A stretch of DNA of 64,000 bases from positions 2,512,389 through 2,576,388 of the forward strand of contig CM121343.1 of the NCBI GenBank assembly GCA_051530055.1, given 5' to 3'. This DNA is from Neoechinorhynchus agilis. Its lineage: Eukaryota > Animalia > Acanthocephala. A program made the translations under genes and the position numbers. Below the pieces are notes generated by a model that was not told the origin of the DNA, ran no database searches, and saw nothing but the letters and a program-made list of their open reading frames with translations. Below, in pieces: positions 1-12,420 of the stretch. The stretch's first letter is position 1, and each line of letters begins with the position of its first letter.

Positions 1-1419
1 GGAAAAATGAGAAAATCTTAGACTTCAACAACACAAGAAGATGGTTCAGATGGTGACCGTTGCATTTTGTACATAATGTGGACGGCAATATTTATTATGC
101 TGCTGTGTGCAATTGTTGTTGGGAGCACATTTTTTAAATGTTATTAATATTAAAGTAGTTTCTAAATTGGTTTCCGCGTTACTTTCAATCGTTTGCGTGT
201 TTCGCCTTTGTTCGAAATTAATGACAAAGTTTCCCGGCGTTTTTGCGCTTAACGTTACACATTAGATATTGAGCAAAAGCTGAACTTGGAGACGTGCTCT
301 TAAATTTATTTAATGAAATGATCTCAATTAAGTGAATGCAAATCTGTTCACCGATTGGTCAAAAAGTTTTTCTAGTTGTTAGCATTTTAGGATATATTTA
401 TTTCGCAACTTTTGAAAAAACGCAATGTTCTAATAACGATTTTAGCATTTTAAAAGCTTTTTTATTTAGGTAGAAAATCGGATAAACGGGTTGCACGAAG
501 AATGAAATCTTATGTTATTCAATCCGAATCCAATGTTCGATCTCTCAAATTCGAGGAAATCTTTTGATTTCGTTGTTTTGGAACATGTTCAACGTGTTCG
601 CTTCAGCTACGTTTTTTGTATTTATTAGAAATCACAACTTTTGGTATTAAAAAACATTTAATCGTCGAACGCATTTTTTGAAGGCTTTTTAACATATTTT
701 TCAAATTTGCACCAATTTAAAAATGAACATAAAATGCGGATAAATAAAATTGTAAATGACTTTTGCAATTTCAAAAGAACACAAAACGATAAAATTAAAG
801 ACAGGAGATCAAAACGACTTTATGGACAAAACTTCCGCGTAAAACAATTAATAAAAACCTGCTTATCGACCATGAATTGAATAAGATGATTAATTCCGTT
901 AGAAAAGCTTAGTAATTCAAAATTATAACGATATTGAAAACCTGAAACTTTTCTGCGATGCATGCACCCTATCTTTTTTGAAAATCTTAAATCCAGACTT
1001 TTAGAACGCTCCTCACTACCATCAAAATCCATCGACACAAAGACAAAGGGTAAAATCATTTTGAAAAAATTATTTAGACATTTGATCATTCTATGCGGAT
1101 TCTTTAAAATAATGTTCTCTTATTGTAAGAGCAATGAATTATTAAAAATTTCTTTAAATTCTTTTGATAGGTGAAATTGGTCTTGAGATCGCTCGAGAAT
1201 ATATTTTCAATAACGTTGCGGAAAAAACGTGGAAATTATTTCTAAAAAAGGAGATCCTTCTAAAGATTTAAAATTTCTTCGTGTGATGTTTTAAATATCG
1301 AGCATAAAACAAATAACGATGGCAATATTGGCGATACCTGCAGAACACTAAATTGATTATAGAACTGGTTTTTATTGAAGTCAACCTTATAAAAATATAC
1401 AACTTTCTTCATCCTCAAA

Positions 1420-1690
1420 CGTCGGTCCTCAGCAACACAATCCTTCCATGGTTTTTTCGGCCACTTTTTGGCCCCATTTGATCCTCCGTTTCGCGATAGC
1501 TTTCTTCACGTCCTCCACCTTCGCTGACCCCCGGGCGGCATTATTTGGGATCACGTCTTGCCTGGTCACCCACACATCCAGCTAATCATTTCGACCTCCA
1601 CTGCATTCGCTTGATGTGATTGGCAGAGGTGTTCCATGTCTCCGCCCATAAAACATGGCTGGCATTATTGCCGTCCTTTCAAGACCAGAG
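1420..1690 (-). mobile_element. RTE-clade non-LTR retrotransposon 3' relic (frameshifted)
   Basis: Minus-strand pieces read IMPAMFYG-ETW, EMISWMCG-TRQDVIPN, KVEDVKKAIAKRRIKWG and KWPKKPWKDCVAED, matching the RTE C-terminal pattern (PAMLYGAETW...EMKMLRWMCGVTR...RRLRW...GRPKKRWKDCV). Confidence 0.7.
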
Positions 1691-1692
1691 GA

Positions 1693-2618
1693 ACTTTGAA
1701 TTTAAATTTTTTGCTTTCATTTGAATGGAGATTGATTAATAGGATAAAGCGCAACGAAAATGCTGTATAATTCAAATCTTTACTCAAACTTCCTCCAATG
1801 AAGATCCTTCAAAGAAGCATTTCAATATTTTGGTTTTTTACTCTGAAGAAGTCTGAAAGATGAATTAGTTAAATCTTTGAGTTTAAGGACGGAGCGTAGT
1901 CTTTACTAAGCGGTGTTTTCTCATTTCTACTTCGATTTGTAAATGAGCAATCGATTTCGTCGAAAAATTCTAAATGCTTTCATCAGTGCGATGAATGATT
2001 TTGAAGTCCAGGAAAGCCGAAAAGGTTGAAAAATAAAACTTAAAAATTGTTTTAGACAATCATAAACGTATTTCCGTTACGTACTTACCCAGGAAGTTTC
2101 GTTCTGGTATAAAAGAACAAGGACAAAACAAGAGTGTCGTTGAGGGTTAATCCCCATTCGCAGTTGAAAAAACTTGCAAACAGTGAGTATTGGCCAAAAG
2201 CCAAAGCCCGATGACGACGAAGGATGCGATTGCATCTCAGAGGGCAATTAATAAAAAATAAGGATAATCCGTTTCAAAGTGGAGGATTGTCGCATTCATC
2301 GGCGTTTTCTCGGATTGCTTCAGTGTTTTTGGACCTGATCATTTCACTCACGATATTTAATTTTTTTCACTCGGTACAAAAAGTGCATTTGTGAGCAGTG
2401 TTTTAGTATTATCAAAAGTTTTATATTATTAATCGATCGGTAATAAAATATCCGACACGCAATTTTTTCACAGCTGATTGATTGGCTGATCTCTAACGCA
2501 TAAATTACCATTATCTCCTCGTACTTTCTTAAAGGTCTGAATTACATTTTCGTTACATTATTAAATCTTTTTCATGTTTTTTGGATTCGTGGCTTTCAAG
2601 AGAGATTGATAATTTTTT
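1693..2618. repeat. Local duplicated segment, copy A (matches 8192-9700)
   Basis: aactttgaatttaaatttttt...gattgataatt recurs at 8192-8567 (5' part, almost identical) and 8877-9700 (3' part). Confidence 0.9.
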
Positions 2619-2635
2619 TAAATGTTAAAAGAATT

Positions 2636-3559
2636 TATAAAATAGCGAACATTGAGTCCTGGACGAAGAAAAACTCGAGATCTACCACAACGGTCTTACC
2701 CGATAACGTCTTTAATGAGAAATTCTTTACCGGATGAAGACTTCAATAAAATATATGCGTTTTCCAGCAAACTCATCTTTTTAGAGAAAAACGTATAAAA
2801 TAGCGAACATTGAGTCCTGAACGAAGAAAAACTGGAGGTCTTCCACAACGGTCTTACCCGATAACGTCTTTAATGAGAAATTCTTTACCGGATGAAGACT
2901 TCAATAAAATATATGCTTTTTCCAGCAAACTCATCTTTTTAGAGAAAAACGTATAAAATAGCGAACATTGAGTCCTGGACGAAGAAAAACTCGAGGTCTA
3001 CCACAACGGTCTTACCCGATAACGTCTTTAATGAGAAATTCTTTACCGGATGAAGACTTCAATAAAATATATGCGTTTTCCAGCCAACTCATTTTTTTAG
3101 AGAAAAACGTATAAAATAGCGAACATTGAGTCCTGGACGAAGAAAAACTGGAGGTCGACCACTACGGTCTTACCCGATAACGTCTTAAATGAGAAATTCT
3201 TCACCGGATGAAGACTTCAATAAAATATATGCTTTTTCCAGCAAACTCATCTTTTTAGAGAAAAACGTATAAAATAGCGAACATTGAGTCCTGGACGAAG
3301 AAAAACTGGAGGTCTTCCACAACGGTGTTACCCGATAACGTCTTTAATGAGAAATTTTTTACCGGATGAAGACTTCAATAAAATATATGCTTTTTCCAGC
3401 AAACTCATCTTTTTAGAGAAAAACGTATAAAATAGCGAACATTGAGTCCTGGACGAAGAAAAACTCGAGGTCTACCACAACGGTCTTACCCGATAACGTC
3501 TTTAATGAGAAATTCTTTACCGGATGAAGACTTCAATAAAATATATGCTTTTTCCAGCC
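2636..3559. repeat. Tandem array, 158-bp unit, about 5.8 copies
   Basis: tataaaatagcgaacattgagtcc starts at 2636, 2794, 2952, 3110, 3268 and 3426 (period 158). Confidence 0.97.
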
Positions 3560-3772
3560 AGTAGAATTCATCAAGAATTTTGGAAATGAAAGGCTTTCTG
3601 AAACACAAATTTTTTCATTCTTTGATCTATCATAATAATTTATTCTTATTCATCATGAGAATGCGTAGATAGTTGCGACTACGACTAAAAGCTCCTTGAA
3701 TATCATGAACAATATTTTATCCTAGGTCAATCGTCTCTTAAACATGGGTAAAATCAGTGATGATTGATAATA

Positions 3773-5704
3773 TCAGCCGCCATTTATTTTTTTCAGCAAT
3801 TTTTCAAGCTGTCCTTTGTGCCGAATATTTAAGTGATTCGAACGAACTTGACTTAGGATGTTCACCAAATTGTTATTCCGAATTTCACTTAGCGCTATTT
3901 CACGTTTAATCATCGCGCTGAGTATCCGCTTTAGCATCGCGTGGTTCCGAACAGTGAACTTCTCGTCCAAGATGCTTTTTAAACGATCGCAGAGTTCCTT
4001 GATGCTCAAGTTCATTTCAATTGAAGGCTTTGATTTTCTTTTTGAAATCGATTCATTCAGTGATTTGTCCTCCAATTGTGACCCTGATTTATTTTCGATC
4101 GAAATATTGGACATTTCCGTAGGTTGCCGATTAAAGATTCCCGCGATCTTTTTTCCGATTTTTTCAATGATGTCGATTAACGGTTCGTTTTCCTCGTTGC
4201 TGGCCATCTTATGGAGAATAGTTATAAGATCGGAATCTTTGATTTCATCCACAGTCATCTCTAATTCTGAAATCTCGGAAAGGACATCGTCCACCAGTTC
4301 TAGGCTTTTGGTTGCGTATTGCGAATCCAATAAAAACTTTAGTAATTTAATCTTCTTGGTTAAACGAGAAGACGGCATCAATTGTTTGGATTCTGAAATC
4401 TGTTGACTGTGAACGTTTTCAACGTTGTTATGTCCCGTTTCTATTTCTCCATCGCTATTGATTCTCCTCGGCGATTCTGTTCTCTTTTCCGAAATTGCGT
4501 TAGAATCCCGATCACTAGTATCAGTATCTGATAATTCGGCTTCTACTTCTATTGGTTTATTCAATTTGGGTTTCGTGGCTCGTCGTTCTTTAGATCGTGC
4601 TTGATTGAAAGCCTCCTTGACCTTCATGGCAACTTGGATTAAGAGTTTCTTGAGTGCAGCATTATCCTTGTTGTCGAGCATCTCTCCAAGAACATCTATC
4701 AATCCGGATTGACGAATTTCACTCAGGCTAACTTCGCCCTTCAGAATTTCATCAAAGATGCTCCTTAATAAATCAGAATTCACTATTTTGTGTTCAGAGT
4801 TCATAGTCATCAAGATTCTTTGACGGAGATGTGTTGAACCTGTCCGCTGAATTTTTGTTTTATCTTCACCTTGAATGGTTGATGACATCCTCTTCCTTGA
4901 AATTTCTTTACAGCTCGTGTCTTCAAAACTGGATTTGGATTTCGTTTCTATCGGACACTGCTCTTCAATCTCAACATCGAACTTTGAGTGGATACCGGAC
5001 ATCCTATGAGATTTATCATCGGCATTTTTACCTTTTTCCATGCCAAGCACTACTTTAATTTTTGCTGCCACTTCTTTAATCAAATGGTCAAGTTCTCCGT
5101 TTTCTCTGTTTTGATTCATTTGGTGGAGAATCTTTATTAGGCCGGACTTATTAATCTGAGAGATGGTCATTTCTTGTTTGAGAATCTCAGAAAAGACACT
5201 TGTTACTAAGCTCTTGTTTGTAACTTTAAACTGTGGGTCCAATCCAATTTTAACCTTTTTAATTAGCATATTTAATGATTGGGACGTTGACTTTTCATAA
5301 ATCGTTCGTCCTTTATCGCTTGAATCTGTCATCTTCTTTTTCGCCATTATTTCATCTTTGTTTGTTCGTTTTCGAGTTGAGGTCGTACTGACCAATGTCT
5401 TTGTCGTTTTCATCCTTGGACAATATTTTTCACCGACAATCTTTTTGAATTTGTTCTTTAATTTACTTAGGAACCAACTTGTACTTTTGCAATCTTTGTC
5501 TAGGGTCATTTCGTCTACCATCTCAAGCATCCCGAAGTTTAAGATTTCTTCGGCTGTAATCGATCGCGTTAACAATTCTCGCAGGTTGCGTTTGGCCAAA
5601 GATTGGTTGATTGTACAAGAATCACCGTCGAGATTATCTCTCAATTCATCACAAATTTGAGCGAGTGATTTCTCCTTAGCATTTGATGTTCGCTTGATCG
5701 CCAT
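3773..5704 (-). CDS. Intronless ~640-aa protein with five helical repeats resembling the TFIIS N-terminal (TND/LW) domain
   Basis: The ORF is open to 5785; first ATG is at 5704. Repeat cores: SITAEEILNFGMLEMVDEM, EMTISQINKSGLIKILHQM, EVSLSEIRQSGLIDVLGEM, EMTVDEIKDSDLITILHKM, EIALSEIRNNNLVNILSQV, separated by K/S/E-rich linkers. The CDS is well supported; the domain name is an inference. Confidence 0.75.
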   Translation of the reverse strand: MAIKRTSNAKEKSLAQICDELRDNLDGDSCTINQSLAKRNLRELLTRSITAEEILNFGMLEMVDEMTLDKDCKSTSWFLSKLKNKFKKIVGEKYCPRMKTTKTLVSTTSTRKRTNKDEIMAKKKMTDSSDKGRTIYEKSTSQSLNMLIKKVKIGLDPQFKVTNKSLVTSVFSEILKQEMTISQINKSGLIKILHQMNQNRENGELDHLIKEVAAKIKVVLGMEKGKNADDKSHRMSGIHSKFDVEIEEQCPIETKSKSSFEDTSCKEISRKRMSSTIQGEDKTKIQRTGSTHLRQRILMTMNSEHKIVNSDLLRSIFDEILKGEVSLSEIRQSGLIDVLGEMLDNKDNAALKKLLIQVAMKVKEAFNQARSKERRATKPKLNKPIEVEAELSDTDTSDRDSNAISEKRTESPRRINSDGEIETGHNNVENVHSQQISESKQLMPSSRLTKKIKLLKFLLDSQYATKSLELVDDVLSEISELEMTVDEIKDSDLITILHKMASNEENEPLIDIIEKIGKKIAGIFNRQPTEMSNISIENKSGSQLEDKSLNESISKRKSKPSIEMNLSIKELCDRLKSILDEKFTVRNHAMLKRILSAMIKREIALSEIRNNNLVNILSQVRSNHLNIRHKGQLEKLLKKINGG

Positions 5705-6019
5705 TTTTGATTCGTTCTCTTGCACTTTAAAGACAATTCTAAAGTATGGTTTTAGTTTTACTGCACCGAAATTGAACGATGTCAATTCGACCTCAATTGG
5801 CGTCTTTCAAATGTACAAACATCTGAGATATTGTCAAACTTGAAATAGAAGCATTATTTTCATTGTTTTGTTGAATTGGTAATCAAAATTAGTACTGAAG
5901 AAGAGCTGACAAAAATAATAGCAGCCTACTAAAATGATTTATTGTTCGTAGTAAGAATCTTCATTTGTATGGTAGTTATTTGTCTATATCTTGAGTCTGT
6001 TTATCATTTTACTTCCTTC

Positions 6020-6290
6020 TTGACGGTCCGCACCGAGAGATCTGGAAAGATTAGGGAGACTGCGAGACTGGGCGTTGAGCTTAATGCTGGAAAGTGTGAG
6101 CTCACTGCGACGCAGGACCTGGTCAAAGAATTGTCTAAGAGATTGAGACGAATCACTGGCGATCCGGGATCAGGAGCATTTATTTTACAAAAATCTGCTC
6201 TGAAAACGAGAAGGAATGCTTCATCCGTCCTTTCGACCGTTACACGAAAACGGCATCTCAGGGATCCAGAGCGATTGTGTGAATGATTTG
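6020..6290 (+). mobile_element. CRE-like (REL-endonuclease) non-LTR retrotransposon relic, internally deleted
   Basis: GVELNAGKCEL (RT C-terminal motif) is joined to LVKELSKRLRRITGDPGSGAFILQK...RRNASSVLST (typical C-terminus). Confidence 0.7.
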
Positions 6291-6852
6291 ATGTCTCAAA
6301 AGATTGAGTATGTTTAACAAAATGTTATCGATACGGAAATAGCTTCTCAATTAACAATTAAATGTTGTCAATGGACAAATTTTAACATTTTTTCGTTAAG
6401 CAAAAAACGATAAAAAGTTAAAAATGTCAAAAAATCAGCATTAATACAAAGCAGCTTTTATCCTGCGAAGCAGAAATGCTTTAATGATTTCAATGTAAGT
6501 TTTCATTCTTTTACTATTGAGAGGCATCCTCACCTAACTCAGCCATCTTTATTTTCACGATCTCAACATTTCCTCTTACTGATTCGAATCTTCAAATCCA
6601 AGTATTTAAGCACAATGGAAAACGTACCGCCATACCCAACATGAACTATTCACCATCGTTCAGTGGCCAAATGAACCACAATCCTAAAATGGACTCGTAC
6701 TCATCGATGGTCGGTCATTACTCGAAGGCTCAGCCTCGATCAAAAGCCACGTTCAGTGCAACGTTCAATCATTTCATCTTCAACCGAATCAGCATTCATT
6801 TCCACTCGTGAAGAATGGAGTACTTTGTTCGCTGAACACACTGAATCCAGCG

Positions 6853-7840
6853 ATGAATTTTGGAAAATATCAGGAAAAAACATTCGGACTACGCATGTTC
6901 AGCACCACGCAATACAACATACAGTGAAGTCGCCGATGAACTTGTTGGAATCTACTGCGATCCAGAAAATCAGGGGATTTCCCACGGTGTGGATTTGAGA
7001 ATAGCTGGCAGATTATAAGAATATAAGAAGATACGTCTATGATGCCATAAATGTTTAAATGGCACTCAATGTAATCATGAAACAGCGAAAGGAAATTCAT
7101 TGGTTAGGGTTTATATCAAATGCCGGAACATAAATGTCCCTTACTAATGGAGGATTTGAGTTGTATAAGAACGAGAATTGAGGCGAAAAGTAAAAAAATT
7201 GAGGAAAATGATCACAAGGTTTTGAATGATAGAGATTCAAAAAATATTGAAAACTTTAACGTTACTATTTTCAAAAATATAAGTAGAATAGACATTTTTA
7301 GATTAATTTGATGGCCGATGAGCGACGCGATTTCACTTAATGTAGAAGGAAAGTTTGAGAACTTTAATTCACTGTCAAACAAAACAATACCCTGTCCTAA
7401 CGGCTACATCCACCCGCTTCCCGACGACAGATCGCTATTATTCACTTTTGATCTATGCTGCGATCGGGAATTCTTAAAGGATATTCCACAGCCAGCCTTT
7501 TTCATAGGATCAGTAATTGGGGCAGCCGTTTTGTCAATGTTTGGCGACAACTTTAGTTAGAATCCAATTGCTCTTCTCGGGGCTTCGATATAAATCATGT
7601 GCGGAATCGGCTGTGCAATTTCAAATACCATCTAAATCGGATGCATCCGATCAGATAAAATCATTATATATTTTTTATTGATCGGAATCATCTTGATATT
7701 TTTTTATAGTATTCCGTTTTTTATCTGGAATTTGCTGGCAGATTGGTGAACTTTCTTCTTGTTGTATTCTCAGGATTGAAGTCTTTGCAGCCGAATACCG
7801 AGGCAGCCCGTGTATAATGGCCAATTTCGTTTGGGGTACC
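6853..7840 (+). pseudogene. SLC22-like organic cation transporter pseudogene
   Basis: Motifs in SLC22 order: NFGKYQ (6856), MPEHKCP (7120), FTFDLCCDREFLKDIPQPAFFIGSVIGAAVLSMFGDNF, MCGIGCAIS, IVFRFLSGI, IEVFAAEYRG, FVWG. Stops at 7558, 7591 and 7633 and a frameshift near 7700. Confidence 0.7.
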
Positions 7841-8191
7841 AAGTTCGATCGGCATGTTAACTGATTTCAAATCAATGTCGCCTTCACATTTAACAGAACT
7901 GCTGATGAGCAAACTGCTTTAGTTAGACCGCTTAAATGATATTTTAAATTTCTTTGATTGCGACCCGAGATACTAACGAGTGGAGAGCTCCTTTTTGGGC
8001 CCACTGGGCAACATTTTCCCAAATGAAATCTTCATTAATTGATTTCAGCCTAATAATTTGCCAGCGATGAGGTACTTGGGCGCACAATGCATCCGACGGC
8101 CCACCGGATTTCTTCTATGTTCAGGGCTCTGAAGATTAATTTCCTAAATACTTCTAAAATAAACTACGTTAAATGCCGGGAAACCAAGCCA

Positions 8192-9700
8192 ACTTTGAAT
8201 TTAAATTTTTTGCTTTCATTTGAATGGAGATTGATTAATAGGATAAAGCGCAACGAAAATGCTGTATAATTCAAATCTTTACTCAAACTTCCTCCAATGA
8301 AGATCCTTCAAAGAAGCATTTCAATATTTTGGTTTTTTACTCTGAAGAAGTCTGAAAGATGAATTAGTTAAATCTTTGAGTTTAAGGACGGAGCGTAGTC
8401 TTTACTAAGCGGTGTTTTCTCATTTCTACTTCGATTTGTAAATGAGCAATCGATTTCGTCGAAAAATTCTAAATGCTTTCATCAGTGCGATGAATGATTT
8501 TGAAGTCCAGGAAAGCCGAAAATGTTGAAAAATAAAACTTAAAAATTGTTTTGGGCAATCATAAACATATTCCCCTTTTTGAGAATTCTTCACTGTTGCT
8601 ATTCCCGCAGGAGCTACGATCCATTTAGTTTCCACGATTTCAGAGCTGTTGCCTCTGGCACCACCGTCTGCCCGAAAAAACAGCGAATACCAACAAGGAC
8701 TGCTCGGCTGCGGTATTTGCAACATTCCGTGCAGTTCGCTGTCCAATGGAGAGGAGCTTCAGGCAGGGGAGTAAAGAGTTGCTAAATGTTCCCCGGAATC
8801 CCACTGCTGGACTAATAGTCGAGAATTTATTCTCCGGCACGTTTAGTTCTCTTGTAACTACTGGTAAAATGGGTGCAGATCCTTCAAAGAAACATCTCAA
8901 TATTTTGGTTTTCTACTCTGAAGAAGTCTGAAAGATGAATTAGTTAAATCATTGAGTTTGAGGACGGAGCGTAGTCTTTACTACGCGGTGTTTTCTCATT
9001 TCCACTTCGATTTGTAAATGAGCAATCGATTTCTTCGAGAAATTCTAAATACTTTCATCAGTGCGATGAGAATATTTGAAGTCTAGGAAAGCCGAAAAGG
9101 TTGAAAAATAAAACTTAAAAATTGTTTTAGACAATCATAAACGTATTTCCGTTACGTACTTACCTAGGAAGTTTCGTTCTCGTATAAAAGAACATGGACA
9201 AAACAAGAGTGTCTTCCAGGGTTAATCCCCATTCGCAGTTGAAAAAACTTGCAAACAGTGAGTATTGGCCAAAAGCCAAAGCCCGATGACGACGAAAGAT
9301 GCGATTGCATCTCAGAGGGCAATTAATAAAAAATAAGGATAATCCGTTTGATGGTTTTAAAGTGGACGAGGGTTGTCGCATTCATCGGCGTTGTTTTCTC
9401 GGATTGCTTTAGTTTTTTTGGACCGGATTATTTTGCGAAATTTAATTTTTTTCACTCGGTACAAAAAGTGCATTTGTGAGCAGTGTTTTAGTATTATCAA
9501 AAGTTTTATATTATTAATCGATCGGTAATTAAAAATCAGACACGCGATTTTTTCCCAGCTGATTGATTGGCTGATCTCTAACGCATAAATTACCATTATC
9601 TCCTCGTACTTTCTTAAAGGTCTGAATTACATTTTCGTTACATTATTAAATCTTTTTCATGTTTTTTTGGATTCGTAGCTTTGAAGAGAGATTGATAATT
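8192..9700. repeat. Local duplicated segment, copy B, with internal direct repeat (about 8300-8567 vs 8877-9140)
   Basis: Direct sequence match to 1693-2618; gatccttcaaaga...caatcataaac occurs twice, about 310 bp of unique sequence apart. Confidence 0.9.
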
Positions 9701-10246
9701 GATTCCTTCATAAAATCATTAGATTTCCTCGTATTATTTTGAATGTTTCTGGAGCTGAAATATTTTATTTGCCGGCGAAGGAAAGATGACGAAAACCCAT
9801 TGATAATTTTATTTCGCAGTCATATCAAATCCGCATTAAATTAGAATTAAAATTTATTTAGCAAAATGAGGTTTTGGTGTATCAAAACGTGGCGGTATCA
9901 TGTTGTATGCGACTATATCTTTTAGAAGTTAATTCAGGGGCGTTTTTTGAACTGGTTCTCAGATATAGACGAAACTCGAAGCCTTCTAGGATGCATCGCA
10001 TCCTTATGTAAAGCGTATAGACGAGCTTCGAGCCCAGCAAAAATTCCAATGTTCTTCTTCCGAAAAATGGACATCCGATTTCCACCCAATCATTAAATCC
10101 AATATCGTTTCTGCCCGTTTTTTTAAATTATCAAAAATGTTTTCAAATTCGCCTTTTCCCACTTCTCAACAAAAGCTTAAAGTACCGTCTACGAATGGCT
10201 CCTACGCAACGTCGACAATAATCACTCTCACGTCGTCCGTCTCATT

Positions 10247-10420
10247 TAACTTGACTTGTCGAAAGCATTCGACTCCGTAGATCACTCATTACATCTTCAG
10301 ACCTTTTCCGATTCCGGTCTAAACGCGCGGCACATCCACTCTCTGGCTTCTTATCTTCACAATCGCCAACAATACATTCATTGCCGGGCAACCTCCTCGA
10401 CTCAAGGTGCCTTACCACAT
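10247..10420 (+). mobile_element. CR1/L2/Jockey-type LINE reverse transcriptase fragment
   Basis: DLSKAFDSVDHS...G....LASYLHNRQQYI...STQG follows the RT domain 3-4 pattern. Confidence 0.75.
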
Positions 10421-10494
10421 TTTATTCCCCTTTTTATACGAGAACGACATTCGCAATCCGAATTCCCTTCATCCTGCTGTACCTCAGACCTCCA

Positions 10495-10630
10495 GTCCTT
10501 TTTCCATACTGCTTAATCTTTTCTCGGAAATAATCCCCCGAAATGAACCGGAGGAAAGATCCAACCTCAAACTCTCCTACAACCAATAACCACCAACTTT
10601 CCCACTCGACCGGAGTCTTTTCCATTCCAA
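10495..10630 (-). repeat. Dispersed repeat fragment, homologous to 25945-26070
   Basis: Reverse complement tttgaggttggatctttcctccggttcatttc...tccgagaaaagattaagcagtatggaaaaagg matches tttgaggttcgatctttcctcaggttcatttc...tccgagaagatttggcagtatggaaaagg. Confidence 0.8.
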
Positions 10631-11239
10631 AATAAGCAGCCACATTCATTTAACCTATCATTCGGATGGAGTGTTCATGTGGATCCAGAAATGCATGGTT
10701 CTTCTCCCTTAAACATGAAGATATGTTACTATTAGGAATTCGCTTGTTTCTCCGGCGTCGACTGTAATCTCTCTAAAAGGGCCGAAAATGGGCATCTCAA
10801 AAGTGATGTGAATAAGTTTGTTTTCAACATATCCAACCGTTGATTTTAAAAATTTGTCGTCCAGTAAAATGTTTATTATTTATGTTAAACATTTCATAAA
10901 AGGATATAAACAGTTATTCGTGCCAAAAGCGTGGTTTTCACATTAATAGTTCCTTCCCTATTTATGATTATAAATTGTGCTTTCAAGTATTGCCATTTCG
11001 TCGCATGATTAAAAGTGGAGTTGGGTTTTTAATTCCCATTGCCATTTTGAATAGATTGAATGAGATCACTAACGAATTAAAAAGTACCTAATTTAAAGAT
11101 AATAATGAATGGTCCGAATTGGAAAAATACGGCGTTATGAGCGCTTTTAATGAGATAAATGAGGCTCACGATCTCAATAAAAAAATTCGAAGAAGATGAA
11201 AATTGCTACATTGGTCCTAGTGAGAACGCTTTTGACTTC

Positions 11240-12420
11240 ATGTGACTGTCGTCTTATTTACTTGAGGGATCCATGCGATTTTCGTAAAAAGTGGAAAAAG
11301 TCGTTCTCGAATGAATGTTAGAATCTTTAATATAAGAGTGGTGGGATCATTGGCACTACAAAGAACTAAAGCAAAATCAAGCGGAATAATAAGAATCGAA
11401 GCTAACGTAGCAATTGAAAGGTGATTGGAGGAATTTTGCAACATTGCAGGGCCCGCAATGTTGACAATTTGCAATCACCCATAAACCATAGGCATTGTGC
11501 AGTTATGAGCAAGACTATTGACATTATTAGAATCCTTGCCTGTGTCGTCAGGCGGTTTTTGGGTATCAGAAATGCACTAGATTTTTCCATGTTAGCTTAT
11601 TTGGAATCGTATGACGCTACAAGTTGGATAAAGATTTCGTGGTTGCTGTTAACCTTTGGTGTGAAGATTCTGGTAGGGAGGATTTACCTGTCAATGGTCG
11701 CAAACAATCAGTTTGGAACTCACTCCTGGTACTGATAATTCATAACTCCTTAATTTCAGTTTCTCGTGACCTGGTGAACCGAACTCGATTGGCGGCAGTC
11801 TCGACAAGACAATCGGGTGCTTGCCTCGACGCTCTCCTAATCGCTTCTGTGGATACCCTTCTCTCCGAAGAGACAGTAAAGATTGCAGTGTCTTAGAGAC
11901 TTGGGGTACCGATGTGTACATCCCATCGCTACCGTGGAATCATCGGAACGCCATGGTCTCGTCTGCCGGCAATCAGACGGCACGCCGAAATGAACGCAAT
12001 ACTCTTAGTCGCGGTTTCAATACTGTGAATGCGTCCAACATTCTAGCACCGAGCAATCTTTGCGAACTCGATAGCACGCTCACAGCCAGCTACATAAAAT
12101 TCGCCGTTATTAAACCAAGGGAGAAGAAACGCCACTGAGGATCGCAAAAAGACCGAATATAGGAGGAATCTTGGTCGAAATCATTATTTCGTTCCCTTTG
12201 GCGTCGAGAGACTCGATCATTTGGCACCGCAGTGTAAGACCTCATGAAACAATTGTCGAAGAGATTGATACGAATCACTGGCGATTAGAGGGCACGAGCA
12301 TTCCTCCTACAAAACATAAGCCTGGCTGTGCAACGGGACGAAACGCTGCATTTATCGCTTCGACCATTAGACCAATAAAGCAGCTGAGTGATCCAGAGCA
12401 ACGGCATTGATGTTAATAAA
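11240..12420 (+). mobile_element. CRE-like non-LTR retrotransposon relic (post-RT region to 3' end)
   Basis: Across frameshifts: SLPVSSGG-GIRNALDFSMLAYLES; RLAAVSTRQSGACLDAL...VKIAVS*RLGVPMC; KQLSKRLIRITGD*RARAFLLQNISLAVQR. AATAAA follows near 12415. Confidence 0.8.

Noticed and set aside
2655-2672. GA-GTCC-T-GGAC-GAA in the 158-bp unit resembles hammerhead stem II
   Set aside because: The upstream core reads ACATTGA rather than CTGANGA, the downstream reads GAAG, and stems I and III are absent.
3858-5660. Plus-strand ORFs of 182, 75 and 100 aa
   Set aside because: They are antisense shadows of the 3773-5785 CDS. The same applies to ORFs overlapping the SLC10, calexcitin-like and His-rich genes.
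7940-8045. Minus-strand INEDFIWENVAQWAQK resembling a BACK domain helix
   Set aside because: It is too short, surrounded by stops, and adjoins the better-supported plus-strand SLC22 remnant.
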